Source of the DNA: the human T2T-CHM13v2.0 reference genome, Homo sapiens
Length of the DNA stretch: 64,000 nucleotides
Direction: 5' to 3' (one strand)
Assembly: GCF_009914755.1 (NCBI RefSeq)
Contig: NC_060927.1
Positions within the stretch are counted from its first letter, which is position 1, and every line of letters begins with the position of its first letter. A model generated the notes under the pieces. That model was given only the letters and a program-made list of their open reading frames with translations, did not search any database and was not told the DNA's origin. Positions 16,705-30,890 of the stretch are shown here, one piece after another. The translations under genes were made by a program, and so were the position numbers.

Positions 16705-18164
16705 TAGCTAAAAGTCTGTTAATTTTGTGTATCTTTTTTTTTTTTAAAGGCCCAACTTTTCATTTTGTTGATCGTCTGTATTTTTTTTTTTAGTCTCAAT
16801 TTTATTTATTGCTGCTCTGATCTTTATTATTTCATTCCTTCTACTAATTTTGGGTTTGGCTGGTTCTTGCTTTTCTAGTTCCTTGTGGTACATTGTTAGG
16901 TTATTTATTTGAAATCTTCCTAGTTTTTAAATTTAAGCATTTATTGTTATAAATTTCCCTCTTAGAATTGCTTTTGTCATATCCCATAGGTTTCGGTATG
17001 TTGTGTTTCCAGTTTCTTTTGTTTCAGTAAATTTTTTAATTTCCTTCTTAATTTCTTCATTGTCCCATTGGTTGCTCAGGAGCATTTTTCCTAATTTGTG
17101 TAGTTTCCAACATTCCTCTTGTTATTGATTTCTAGTTTAATTCCATTATTGTTGAGAAAAAATACTTAATATGGGTTCTACTTTTTTGAGTTCCTTGGGA
17201 AATGTTTTGTAGCCTAATATATGATCTATTCTTCAGAATGTTCCATGAACTGATGAGAAAAATGTGTATTCTACAGCAGTTGGGTTAAATGTTCTGTATA
17301 TGTCAGTTAGGCCTATTAGGTCTAGTGTGTGGTTTCACTCCGATGTTTCTTTGCTGATTTTCTGTCTGGATGATCTGTCCACTGCTGAAAGTGGGATGTT
17401 GAAATCTACAATTACCATTTTGCAATCTCTCTATCTATTAATGTTCACTTTATATACTTGGAGCTCCAGTGTTAGATAGATAGATATTTGTAATTGTTAT
17501 ATCCTTTGCTGAGTTTACCCCGTTATCATCTTATAGTGACCTTGTTTCTTTTAACAGTCTTTGATTTTTAGTCTATCTACTTCTGCAGCTTTTTGGTTTC
17601 CAGTTGCATAGAATATCTTTTCCCACCCTTTTGCTTTCAGACTATTCATGTCTTTATAGGTGAAGTAGGTTTTTTGTAGGCAGCATATAGTTGAAACTTG
17701 TTTATTTTTCAACCACAGTATGCCTTTTAATTAGAAAACTGAATTCATTTACATTTAATATTATTATTGACAAGTAAGGACCTACTACTGCTATTTTGTT
17801 GCTTAGTTTTTGGTCGCTTTTTAACTCCTTTTTTCCATTTTAACTGTCTTCTTTTGTGGTTAAGTGATTTTTTCTCTAGTAGTATGTTTTAATTTGTTGC
17901 TTTTTATTTTTAGTGAATCTATTACAGATTTTTATATTTTGGTTACCATGAGGCTTACATAAAACATCTTATGTATATAACAAGTTATTTTAAAGAGATG
18001 ACAACTTATCTTAGATCAAAAGAAAGGTATAGAAACAAATTTTTGAAAAAGAAAAAATTCTATACTTTAACTCTATCCCCCTACATTTTGCCTCAATTTA
18101 TATTATTTTTATATTACCTATCTCTTAACAGGTTGCTATAGCTATCATTGTTTTTCATAGATTC

Positions 18165-21100
18165 GAAGATGGGACTTTCATCACAGGACTCTGTGCAGAC
18201 ACTCCCCTGTACTAGCCTGGAGCTTGATAGCTCTGCTGTGTGAATAATCACTCAGTTTGGCTCTCAGGAAGCCACATCTCTAGGGGAAGGGGAGGAGCAA
18301 TACATTAAGGAAGCACCCGTGGGACAAAAGAATCTGAAGAGCAGCCCTTGAGTCCCAGATCTTCCCTCTTACATAGCCCGCCCAAATGAGAAGGAACTAG
18401 AAAAACAATTCTGGTAATATGACAAAACAAGATTTTTTACCACACCCGAAAGATCACACTAGCTCATGAGCAATGGATCCAAACCGAGAAGAAATCCCTG
18501 AATTGCCAGAAAAAGAATTCAGAAGGTCGATTATTAAGCTAATCAAGGAGGCACCAGAGAAAGGTGAAGTCCAACTTAATGAAATAAAAAAAAAAGAAAA
18601 TGATACAAGATATGAAGGGAAAGCCCTTCAGTGAAATTAGATGGCATCAATAAAAAACAATCAGTTTCTGGAAATGAAAGACACACTTAGAGAAATGCAA
18701 AATACACTATTAAGTCTCCATAATAGAATCAAACAAACAAAGAACTTCAGAGCTCAAAAACAAGGTTTTCAAATTAATTTTAAAATTACCAACAAAAAGT
18801 TTGAGACCAGATGGATTCACAGCTGAATTCTATCGGATATTCAAAGAAGAATTAGTACCAATCTTATTGGCACTATTCCACAAGATAGAGATAGAGATTC
18901 TATGAAGTCAGTCTCACCCTAATGCCACCTCACCTAAAACTACAGGCCAATATTCCTGATGAATATAGATGCAGAAATACTTAACAAAATATTAACTGAA
19001 TCAAACAGCGTATCAAAAAGATAATCCACCATGATCAAGTGGGTTTCATACCAGGGATGCAGGGATGGTTTAACATACACAAGTCAATAAATATGATAAA
19101 CTACATCAATAGAATTAAAAACAAACATTACATGATCATCTCAACAGACACAGAAAAAGCATTTGACAAAATCTAGCATCTCTTTAGGATTAAAAGCCTC
19201 AGGAAAGTCAGCACAGAAGGACATACCTTAATGTAATAAAAGCCATCTATGACAAACCCACAGCCAACTTAATACTGAATGATTCTGCACCTGAATCAAT
19301 ACAGAATATTGATTCTACTCATCCATACATGCTCATGGATGAGTAAAACCAATATTGTGAAAATGACCATACTGCCAAAAGCAATCTATAAATTCAATGC
19401 AGTTCCCATCAAAATACCACCATCACTCTTCACAGAGCTAGAAAAAATCCTAAAATTCATTTGGAACCAAAAAAGTTCAAAGCATTCCCCCTAAGAACTG
19501 GAGCAAGACAAGGATACCCACTCTCACCACTTCTATTTAACCTAGTACTGGAACGCCTAGCCAGAGCAAACAGACAAGAGAAAGAAATAAAGGGCATCCA
19601 AATTGATAAAGACGAAGTCAAACTCGCTGTTTGCTGATGATATGACTGTATACCTAGAAAATCCTAAAGACTTCTGCAAAAAGCTCCTAGAACTGATAAA
19701 TGAATTCAGCAAAGTTTCAGGATACATAATCAATACACACAAATCAGAAGCTCTGCTATACACCAACAGTGACCAAGCTGAGAATCAAGAACTCAATCCC
19801 TTTTACAATAGCTGCAAAAAAAAAAAAAAAAAAAAACTAAAATTTTTAGGAATATATTAAATACCTAACCGAGGAGGTGAAAGACCTCTACAAGTAAAAC
19901 TACAAAACACTGCTGAAAGAAATCATAGATGACACAAACAAACAGAAACACATCCCATGCTCATGGATGGGTAGAATCAATATTGTGAAAATGACCACAC
20001 TGCCAAAAGCAATCTACAAAGTCAACGCAATGCCCATCAAAATACCACGATCATTCTTCACAGAACTAGAAAAAACATCCTAAAATTCATTTGGAACCAA
20101 AAAAGAGCCCGCATAGCAAAAGCAAGAAGAAGCAAAAAAAAACAAATCTGGAGGCATCACATTACCTGACTTTATACTACAAGGCCACGGTCACCAAAAC
20201 AGCATGATACTGGTATAAAAATAGGCACATAGACCAACGGAACAGAATAGAGAATCCAGAAATAAAGCCAAATACTTACAGCCAACTGATCTTCAACAAA
20301 ACAAACAAAAACGTAAAGTAGGGAAAGGACACGCTATTCAACCAATGGTGCTGGGATAATTGGCAAGCCACATGTATAAGAATGAAACCGGATCCTCATC
20401 TCTCACCTTATACAAAAATCAACTCAAGATGGATCAAAGACTTAAATTTAAGACCTGAAACCATAACAATTTTAGAAGATAACTTTGGAAAAACCCTTCT
20501 AGACATTGGCTTAGGCAAAGATTTCATGACCAAGAACCCAAAAGCAAATGCAATAAAAACAAAATTAAATAGATGGGACTTAATTAAAAACTTCTGTACA
20601 GCAAAAGAAACAATCAGCAGAGTAAACAGACAACCCACAGAGTGGGAGAAAATCTTCACAATCTATACATCTGACAAAGGACTAATATCCGGAATCTACA
20701 AGGAACTCAAACAAATCAGCGGTAAAAAAAACAGACAATCCCATCAAAAAGTGGGCTAAGGACACGAATAGACAATTCTCAAAAGAAAATATACAAATCG
20801 GCAACAAACATATGAAAAAATGTTCAACATCACTAGAGATCAGGGAAAAGCAAATCAAAACCACAATGAAATATCACCTTACTCCTGCAAGAATGGCCAT
20901 GCTCAAAAAATTAAAATATAATAGATGTTGGCGTGGATGTGGTAAAAAGGGAACGCTTCTACGCTGCTGCTGGGAATGTAAACTAGTACAACCACTATGG
21001 AAAACAGTGTGAAGATTCCTTAAAGAAATAAAAGTAGAACTATCATTTGATTCAGCAATCCCATTTTGGATATTTACCCAGAGGAAAAGAATTCATTATA

Positions 21101-21593
21101 CAAAAAAGATACTTGCACACGCACGTTTATAGCGGCACAATTCGCAATTGCAAAAATATGGAACCAGCCCAAATGCCCATCAATCAACAATTGGGTAAAG
21201 AAATTGTGATATATATGTACCATGGAATACTGCCAAGCCATAAAAGGAACAAAATAGTGGCATTCACAGTAATCTGGACATAATTGGAGACCATTATTCT
21301 AAGTGAAGTGACTCAGGAATGGAAAACCAAACATTGTATGTTCTCACTCATAAGTGGGCGCTAAGCTATGAGGATGCAGAGGCATAAGAGTGATACAATG
21401 GAGTTTGGGGCCTTGGGGGAAAGGGTAGGAAGGGGGTAAGGGATAAAAGATTACACACTGGGTACAGTGTACACTACTCGGATGATGAGTGCACAAAAAT
21501 CTCAGAAATTGCCACTAAAGAAGTTATTCATTAATCAAACACCACCTGTTCCCCAGAAACCTACTGAAATAAAAAAAAATAAATTTTAAAAAA
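18165..21593 (+). mobile_element. L1PB (L1PB1-like), internally deleted and rearranged
   Basis: A 5'UTR end and ORF1 start (atgagaaggaactagaaaaacaattctgg) jump to ORF2 near 18780. ORFs [16 protein letters not shown] and [22 protein letters not shown] are ORF2p. The 3'UTR is L1PB type (gggtacagtgtacact...ccacctgttcccc) with an A tail. Confidence 0.9.
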
Positions 21594-21918
21594 TGCTTAA
21601 CATCTCGAATCACCAGGGAAATGCAAATCAAAATCACAATGAGATATCACCTTGTACCTGTTAGAGTGGACATTATCAAAAAGATGATAGATAAGTGTTG
21701 CTGCAGATGTGGATGAAAAGGAGCCCTTGTACATTTTGTAGGAATGTTAATTTGTGGAGCCATTTTGGAAACAGTATGGAGGTTCCTCCAAAAACTCAAA
21801 ATAGAATTACTATATGATTCAGCATTACTACTACTGGGTATATATCTAAAGGAAGTGAAATTAATATGTAAATGAAATACCTGTACCCTCATGTTTATTG
21901 CCACACTATTTACAATAG

Positions 21919-22256
<338 letters not shown>

Positions 22257-22273
22257 AAATGAATGTTTTTAAG

Positions 22274-22277
<4 letters not shown>

Positions 22278-22316
<39 letters not shown>
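22278..22316. repeat. (CA)n microsatellite
   Basis: About 19 uninterrupted CA units. Confidence 0.95.
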
Positions 22317-22318
<2 letters not shown>

Positions 22319-22959
22319 GAAATACTACTCAGCCATAAAAAAGCAGAAAAATTTGCAACATGAGTGAATCTAGAGGACATTGTGTTAAGTGAAATAAGCC
22401 AGGCACAGAAAGACAAATATCATGTAGTCTCACTTATATTTGATATCTAAAAAAATCACAGAGTAGAATGGTAGTTACTGGAAGTTGAGCGGGGTGAAAA
22501 GGGTGGAGAGGGAAAGGGGACATGTTGGTGAGAGGGTATGAAGTTCCAGTTAGACAAGAGGAATAAGTTCTGGTGATGTTTTGCACAGCAGGGTGACTTT
22601 AGTTAGTAATAACGTATTGTATATTTCAAAAATTTCTAAAACAGTGGATTTTAAATGTTCTCACCACAAAAAAGTGATAAGTATGTGAGGTGATGGATAT
22701 GCTAATTGGCCTAATTTGCTTACTCCACAATGTATAGATGCATTAAAGCATCACATTGTACCCCATAAATATATACAATAATTATTTTTCAATTAAAAAT
22801 TAAGAAAAATAGTTTAAGCTCTCCCCTATTCCTGATTGAATCTAGAATCTGCACCATTTGGTGGAGGTCTGCTTCCTTTGCTTCACTTTTACTCTAGATG
22901 GCAGCAGCAGAACAAAATAGAGGAGAAAAATCTGTTCTCAATGAGATGATTCCCTGTCT

Positions 22960-23858
22960 ACTATGTAAAAAAAAAAATCTCAATGTTATTTGAAACAAAA
23001 TATACCACTTAAAAATTTTCTTTCATTATAGAAATACTTTAACAGTATTTCAATTATTAAAAATCAATGTACAGATGTCTTCATAATTGTTCAACTTGTC
23101 AGGACACTAATAAGATATTTACAGAAATTTTTTATGATAATATTTCTGTAAAGACTCACTCACTGCTTATATTAACAGATTTACACTTGGAGGCTAAGGT
23201 GTCATGTTTGAATATCAAATACACTTTTTAAATTGATGGAAACATAAGGGATAAATAATCGAAGGGATAACAGAAATTCTCTGGGTGAATATATTACAGA
23301 AATAAAACTTTAATATTTCTCTAATAACCATGTTTTTAAGATTATTTCAAATAAAAATATACACATGAAACTGGCTTTAAATATATTAAAATTATAGCTT
23401 GTAAGCATTTAAAAAGAAATAATTTTATTATAAAACAACATTTTCCACCATCACACTTTAAACTGTGAGGATTTATGATGCAAGAGAATTTGTAGATGAG
23501 ATTGCAGAAACACTGGAAACATTATAAAAACAAAGAGACCTAGAGAGGAACCAAGAGATTAAAAGAAAGATGCAAGTTATCATAATTTTCAAAAAGGCAC
23601 TTCCAGAAAATATAATTTATTTTGCTTGACATTATAGCCTCACAAAACTCTCGTCTAGATTAAACAGAATTCCCAAGAGCTTAGAAAATAGAATTGTCCA
23701 AGTTTTGTGCCTTATAGCTCTATATTCATGCCTCTATATTCATAGATTTATGTATTTATTAAGACAATTTTCCTGCAGAGGGCATCAAAATATCTTGGAG
23801 AAGGGTTATCTTTTTCCAAATTACACAAAGGTGCCATTTGGACTAATGGTGGCACTGT
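22960..23858. mobile_element. Degenerate hAT-Tip100 (Zaphod/MER115-like) fragment
   Basis: The terminal ttccaaattacacaaaggtgccatttggactaatggtggcactg resembles Tip100-family ends. The interior is AT-rich and transposase-like. The left boundary is uncertain. Confidence 0.4.
23772..23786 (+). promoter_or_regulatory. Candidate CTCF motif
   Basis: cctgcagagggcatc fits the CTCF core CC(A/T)(C/G)(C/T)AG(A/G)(G/T)GGC(A/G). Motif match only. Confidence 0.3.
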
Positions 23859-24009
23859 TATCATGAATCAGAATGGCTTTACTAAATTAAAGCCCTGCCA
23901 AACTAAAACTTCCCTTTTTGTGCTAGAATTATTGGCTTAATAAGAATTTATTAATCAGAGCCTTCAGATTATCATTGTCCAATCAGTTATTTAACCAGAT
24001 AGATGGAGA

Positions 24010-24660
24010 GGCAGCATAGAATAGTGTCAAGGAGGCAGGCTTTGGGTGGAGATCTTAGTTGGATTTCTAGCTCTGCCATTTACTCATAGGCCCCGCTTAT
24101 GTTTATGTGAATTGGAAAGCAGCTTGGCATTCTGTGATTGGAACATTAATTTTTTATTTTCTTTATCTAACCATTGCATTCAAGAAATTTAACCTGAGGG
24201 AAAAATCAGGAAGGTGGAAAAAGCTTTATGCACAAAGAAATTAATCACTGTGTGATTTATAATAGTGAACAAACTGAAAATGAGGTACAACAGGGAAATG
24301 GTTAAGTGAATTACAAAATACAGTAAGATTCAGTAATCAAATGAGCATTTATCAAAGGTTTACAACATGCCATGTATTCTGCCTGGCACTGGAGATTCAG
24401 CACTGAACAAGATAGATATGGAATCTGACTTTTCTATGATAATTTAACATCAACTTAAAGTAAGCAGGAGGCAAGCACTTATAACACCATACTATCCACT
24501 ATACGGTTTATATATGGATATATGTATATGTGTGTATATGCAGAAAAAATACTAGAAGAAAATAAATCAATATGTTAATAATTGTTAGGTCTTTTGTTAT
24601 AATAATTTTATATACTTTTCAATATTTTCTACAATGAGAATGTTACTGTTAAAATTTTTT
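24010..24660. mobile_element. Mosaic of MIR, L2 3' end (minus) and L1ME4 fragments
   Basis: MIR (ggcagcatag...tctagctctgccatttact), L2 (atgagcatttat...ctggagattcagcactgaacaagat) and L1ME-like motifs. Confidence 0.55.
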
Positions 24661-25601
24661 TTTTAATTATACAAAATGGCATTATACCAAAGGTAGGCTA
24701 CAAAAGAAAACAAAATTATCGAATAATGTACTTAAAAGTCAAGATCACTTCATGGTACAGGAAATCCCTTCAGATATAAAGACATATTACATTGTCTTTT
24801 CTTGTATTTTGATTTCCATCACAGTGTCCTTTGGAAAGCTCACTTCCTCTCTAGCATTCGGAAGGCCTGTCTGTTCTTATGCGGGGAAGGAATGTGAATG
24901 CTAGCAGCACATTCCACCCTGGTGACACAAGGGGGTGCACAGGACTTGCTTCCAAATGTTTCCCTTTGTCTTCTTGGAAAGAAGAGGGAAAAAAAAACCT
25001 GACATTTGATTTGGTGACCAACTAAAATGTTTTAACAGGCTTATGTATACAGTTCACAGCGCGTTTCTAACGCGAGAGATCTCTGAGGGCATGATCCTGT
25101 GTACAAACCACTCCTACTTCCCCACATTTATTTCACAAGAAAAAATATTGCAGGAGAATGAGTGGCCTTTTAAAGCACAATTAGTGAAACAGGAGACTGC
25201 CTGAATGGCCCAGAATAGGGATTGTTAAAGAAATGATGGCACATAATAAACAAATTAGAAAATAACCATTAAAAATAATGTTGACATGGAAAGGACATTA
25301 AAAAGCAATTCATACAATAATACATACAATATGGTCTAATTTTTTTATTTAAATGTATTACATGAATAAGTAGAAAAATCTGGAAAGAGATATACCAAAC
25401 TATTAACAGTCATTATCCTTGAAAGCTGGATGACAGGTTTATTACCTTCTTCCTATATATCTACATTTTACAATTTTTGTGTACAATGAATAAAAATTTG
25501 ATTTTAAAATAAGAAAAATAAATGAGTATTCCCAAATAAGTACCAGTTCTTATGATCCTTATTAATTAAATATATGTAAATTGCTACAAATCACCCAGAG
25601 A

Positions 25602-25714
25602 TATGGTGACAATATAGCCCTGTTTGCCAAAGACAATTTCACTTTGTAACTGTTGTTCTCATACAACTGTGAATAATGCCACTTTCACTCCAAAATTCTG
25701 AATAAGTCACCCTA
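25602..25714 (-). mobile_element. MER94 (hAT-Blackjack)
   Basis: Terminal inverted repeats tatggtgac and gtcacccta; interior cctgtttgcc...ctgttgt...ctttcactc. Confidence 0.65.
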
Positions 25715-26719
25715 CATGTATATTTTTAAATTTGTACCCCTAGCAAGTTGTGCCACTTTTGTCCTTATATCAGCAGGTTGCTTCCAATCCAAAAGATCTC
25801 AATCCTTCTCTCTCCTAATATGCTAAGATGCAAGGCTAGTCCAGAAATCCTGAGATTCTCATGGCTGCACCAGGGTTAGCATGGGCCAGGGTATACCCCA
25901 AGACCCATCCAAATCACAGTCAAGACAGAATATTTTTGAGGCCCATCTTGACCCCTTGGCTGAAGTGCCTTTAAGGCACCCTACTAGCAGGACATCTTCT
26001 GACATGTTTTTTGAGACAGAACCCTGGCACTACTATGAGAGAGAATATTTTCCAAAGCACTGCTATACATGTAAAATCAATGATCCTACTGTCTTGGTTA
26101 AAATTCCTTGAATTAGAAGTAACAAACATGCTCAAATAACAAGTAAAAATGAAAAATTTGCAATTAATCTAAGAGTATCTCCCAACGTTTAGTACCTGGA
26201 GTCCGGCCAGGCTCTGGGTCTTAATTTCTAAGAGATACAATCTAATTGATTCAGTACAATGAATGGATTGGTTCCTCCTGGATTAGGTGTCCACCCTAAC
26301 TCAATCAATTATGGCCAGGGAGTGGTGGAATAACAGTACTGAAATGGACTGCCCATGTGAATTAGGAAACGAGAATGTAGTCTGGGTAGATAGCCTCATG
26401 AAAATCTGCTTGCTAGCTTTCCCTCCTTCACGGAGAACTAGACAAGCTTCTCCTCTTCAATGACATACTCTGACTACATAGGCAGAAAAGAAGGAGCTTT
26501 TACCTGTACATCAGAAGTATTGTGATGATACCTCCAATGATACCCTTGACCATAGTTTTCAGCACAGCTGCCTCATAATTTCTTAATTCTATTGCCAACT
26601 TCCACAAGAACTGGGACCATAGTCCTTATCCACTTTCTCCATACTTTACATTCTATGATAAGGAGTCATGAGGAAGTTTCGGGTCACCCATCTGAACAGC
26701 AAAAACTTTATTCTTTTGC

Positions 26720-27030
26720 TTTTTCATCCATTCAGTCATGTAACAAACATTTATTGCATTTCTATCAATTGTCAGGACCTGTACTTAGTGCTGTGGGCAG
26801 AGATAAGACATGGTCCTTATTCACAGGCATTCACAATGTACTGAGAGTCAAAGAGATAAAAGAATAATTATGTTACAATGTGATATGACATACAACAGAA
26901 GTATATATAGAGTGTGCTGAGTGCAGAGAAAAAGGATCTAAACCATCCCTTTGAGAAATTCAGAAAGGCATTAAAAAGGTGATTATATTCTATTTAGATG
27001 CTGAAAAAAATACTTTTCTTGATGGAGATG
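26720..27030 (-). mobile_element. L2 3' end
   Basis: ttcatccattcagtcatgtaacaaacatttattg...gataagacatggtcc. Confidence 0.7.
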
Positions 27031-28159
27031 AAGAGGAAGTCTCCCAGCTAAAATACAACAATAATAAATAGCTACCATATCCTTAATATTTACTGCATAT
27101 AGAGACACTCTGACATATGCTGTACATGGATTATCTCGTTTAAACTTTACAGCCCAACTGGTCTGCTTGTCACACCATTGCCCGTATGTATCTCAGGACC
27201 AGCCAACCATTTAGAACAGAACTACGAGCACATAGGGATTTTAATAAATGCCAACAAATTAACTGAAAATATTCTATGTTAATATGTATGAAAACAAGAG
27301 CTTTTATCTACTGCTGATGGAAATATAACTTCCTCAAGGACAATTTGTCAATGTGCATCAAAACTTACTCCTGGAAATTTGCCTTAAGGAGATAATTGAG
27401 AATTTAGGCAAGGTTATAACTACAAGTATGTTCATCACAGTATTTTTCCTTTTTAATTTTTTCTTTTTTTCCGTATCTCCTCAAGTTCCCTTTACCACAT
27501 CACAGTATTTTTTATAACAATCTAAATTGAAGTTGTCCAACAATATCACAAAAATATGGTATAGAAGCATATTTGTTTGGTATAAAGATGTCCATAACAA
27601 GTTAATATTCAATATATAAACAGAATATATAAAATTGTCTCTATTTTACTTTATAACTGTATATATACAAATATGTGTATATAAATTTAAAATGTACACA
27701 TATATTTTAAATGTGTAACTGTCTTTATAGACATGTATTTTATTGCATATATGTTTAGTTTATATATGTATATATATATTTATGTGAAGCACTGGAAAGA
27801 GATACACTAATCAGTAATTTTTCTGGCCAAAAATTTGGGGATTGGATAATCTTTCTTTTGGTTTATCTCTATTTTCAAATTTTTCTACAATAAGATCATA
27901 TTACTTAAGCAAATAAAAAATGAGATCTTACGATGCCATTTATTGACAGGAATTCATAATTTAATCATTTGTTTACATTTGCCAAGCCAAGAAACAAGAT
28001 CTTAAGGTATGAGCTACACTCAAGATAAAATTACTTGGTATTTATATAGGAGTGGCATCTCTGAAAATTGTAAGGTTTTGCATCTTTGAACAATATTTTC
28101 ATAGAGATTACTCATATATCCAAATTATATCCTTTTCCAATAAAGGTGAAGAATCTAAA

Positions 28160-28322
28160 AAGGAAGAAGCTCCCAATCTGCCACTTATCAGTAATTTGAG
28201 CTTTGGTGAGTCACTTAACCTCTCTGAGCTTCAGGGTGATTATCTATAAAAAAGGAACAAAAGCCTATCTTAGCAGTTCTTGTAAGGATTGAACGAAGGT
28301 ACCTGTGCATGCTTTATAAACT
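28160..28322 (+). mobile_element. MIR
   Basis: Core ctttggtgagtcacttaacctctctgagcttcag. Confidence 0.75.
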
Positions 28323-29620
28323 TTATACTAGGGGTCAGTGCAATTTTAACTAAGATTAGATATTAGGTCTTAAGTTCTCCTTTTGGGGATCTTCTAATTT
28401 TTAAGAATGTCCAACAGCTTTATAGATGACAAAGTCATTCTTTATTATTTTGTCACACTCAATCCAGGAGACACTGCCAACCCAGGAAAACTGCATTGTT
28501 TCTATTAATGGGTTTGGCCACTGCTCTTACAGCTTTGGCAATCTACCATAAAGAAAGAATTTCATGTTGCTACTTGAAACCTTTTGTGAAATTGATTCGA
28601 GCTTCTTAGTGCATTTAATTGTCCCTATAATAGTCCTAAGCCCAACATAATAGCCGATGAAAATGCTCATGCTAATTTTAACTCCTCAGTTTTTCTGTAG
28701 CCATTTGCCCAAAGATCCAAAACTAAAGTCACTTTTTCCCTGGTATAGTCAAAAAGCCAGTTATTTCAGTCATTGGAATTCTTTTCTCAGTCTAGCTCCT
28801 CATGTCCTCCCTAATCTGGAGAAACCACTTTTAAACATGCTGACCAAGGGACCTGATTTCACCTCATTTCACCTGTTGAGTTCTAGCTCTGTTTTTTTTT
28901 ATGGCTTAAGACACCTGTTTCCTGTACATTATTGAAAAACCACAATGTAATACGACATTAGAGTCTTTAGTCATTGAAAACCTCTTCTTTAGAATAACTT
29001 TTTTTTCTACTTTTCACAAGCATAGTCCTTCCCTTAGGTCAGCTTTTGATAAATACTCATAAAATCACATTGCAATGCTGGTAAGCATATTCACTTGGAC
29101 AAACCAAGAAGATTCTAATTTTGGAATCTTAAAATCTTCTGGCATCTCTAAACTTGAAAGATGACCTGGGTAGTGAGCCTATAATTACGTGTTCTAATCT
29201 TCTTTGGGTCTATGACACCATTATGAACACACTAGGACACATCTGAGGGGTGTTTCCCTTCCCCACCCTGCCCATGATCCACCAGTTCAGCCAACTGTTT
29301 TGGTGTACTGTTATTCTCTACCCTTCATGCTTACCAGGGTGGATAATGGATTAGCAACTGCAAAAGGAAGCTGAACTGAAAGTATTCTTCTTTGTCTATT
29401 AAACTATACTTCAACAGTCACAGCTTTCAGTACCTTTTATTGTAATTGCTCAATTAATTATAATTTACTATATTTGCTTCCCCTTTAGATCCTAAGTTCT
29501 GCTGCTATCTCCCCATTATCTAACATAGGGCCTGCTACAAATTAGGTACTGAATAGTAACCTATTAAATGAGTGAATCGTCTCTCTCAATCCTGGTTTCC
29601 ATTTTTATTAACAGAATTAG

Positions 29621-29778
<158 letters not shown>

Positions 29779-30179
29779 TTAATCAGCCAAGGGGGCTTGT
29801 CAAGGGGGTGGCTATGTGAATAAATTGCAAAAAATACAGTCTACCAGTTAGTCAAAATTTGTCCTCTGGAATGTGAATCAGTCCCCAGTATCATCTATGT
29901 GTTTTTACAATGATAAGTGAAGATACTGAAGTAAAATATTAAAATAAGTTATGTTGGATCAATGGCAAGGCATTTTTCAAACTTTTCATTATTTTAAAAT
30001 AAAGAGCCTCAAGCAAACGCTCCTTCCTCCTCATAAGAGCTAAGCAACCCAGAGTTATATTGTCAACGTTTCCAAAATATGTAAGTGGGACAATCAAATC
30101 CATTTCTATTTGAATGAAGAGCCCAAGTTCTTATCTACTAAACTCTACCATTTACCAGCTAAAATTTAGAATTTCCGAG

Positions 30180-30890
30180 TTTGTTTCGCTTAATTCTATT
30201 ACATTCAGAAAACATACTTTGTATGATTTTCATTGTTTAAATTTGCTGAGTTTTGTTTTATGATACTTAATATTGCCTACCTTGGTTAATGCTCTTGGTC
30301 AACCTGAAGAAAATGTGTATTCTGCTGTTGTTGGGTAGAGTCTGTGAATGTCAAATAAATTCATTTGGTTAATGGTGTTTTTTAGTCCATCTTTGCTAAT
30401 TTTCTCTCTACTTGCCTTGTCAATTACTGAGTTGACAGAACAAGAAAAATTGAGCTGAAGTTTCCAACTATAATTTTCATTTGTCCAGTTTTATCAGTAT
30501 TTGCTAGAGCTCTGTTGTAAGTCACATACATATTTAGCATTGTTATCTACTACTTAATAAATCTTTCCTAAATCTACTTAGTAAATTAACCATTTTATAA
30601 TTATGTAGTGTCCTTCTTTATCCCTAGTAATTTTCCTCTCTCCGAAGTCTTTGTCTTATATTAATGTAGCTACTCAGCTTTCTGTCAAATAGTGTCTGCA
30701 TTGTATATTCTTTTCCATTCTTTCATTTTTCACCTATGATATTGTTATATTTAGAGTGGGTTTCTCATAGACAGCATATTATGGTTTTCCTCATTCTGAC
30801 AATCTCTGTTTTTTAACTGGTATATTTAGATAATTTACACTTACTATCATCACAGATACATATTTGGATTTAGGGCTACCATTTTGGTAT
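30180..30890 (-). mobile_element. Old L1M ORF2 endonuclease region
   Basis: gaaaatgtgtattctgctgttgttgggtagagt; gtttctcatagacagcatat. Confidence 0.75.

Noticed and set aside
18165-21593. Possible active L1
   Set aside because: It has large deletions, frameshifts and stops. No L1 in the window has an intact ORF1 or ORF2.
25091-25204. Short ATG ORF (MILCTNHSYFP...) next to the CGCG palindrome
   Set aside because: It is only 37 codons, with no homology I recognise and no supporting splice structure.
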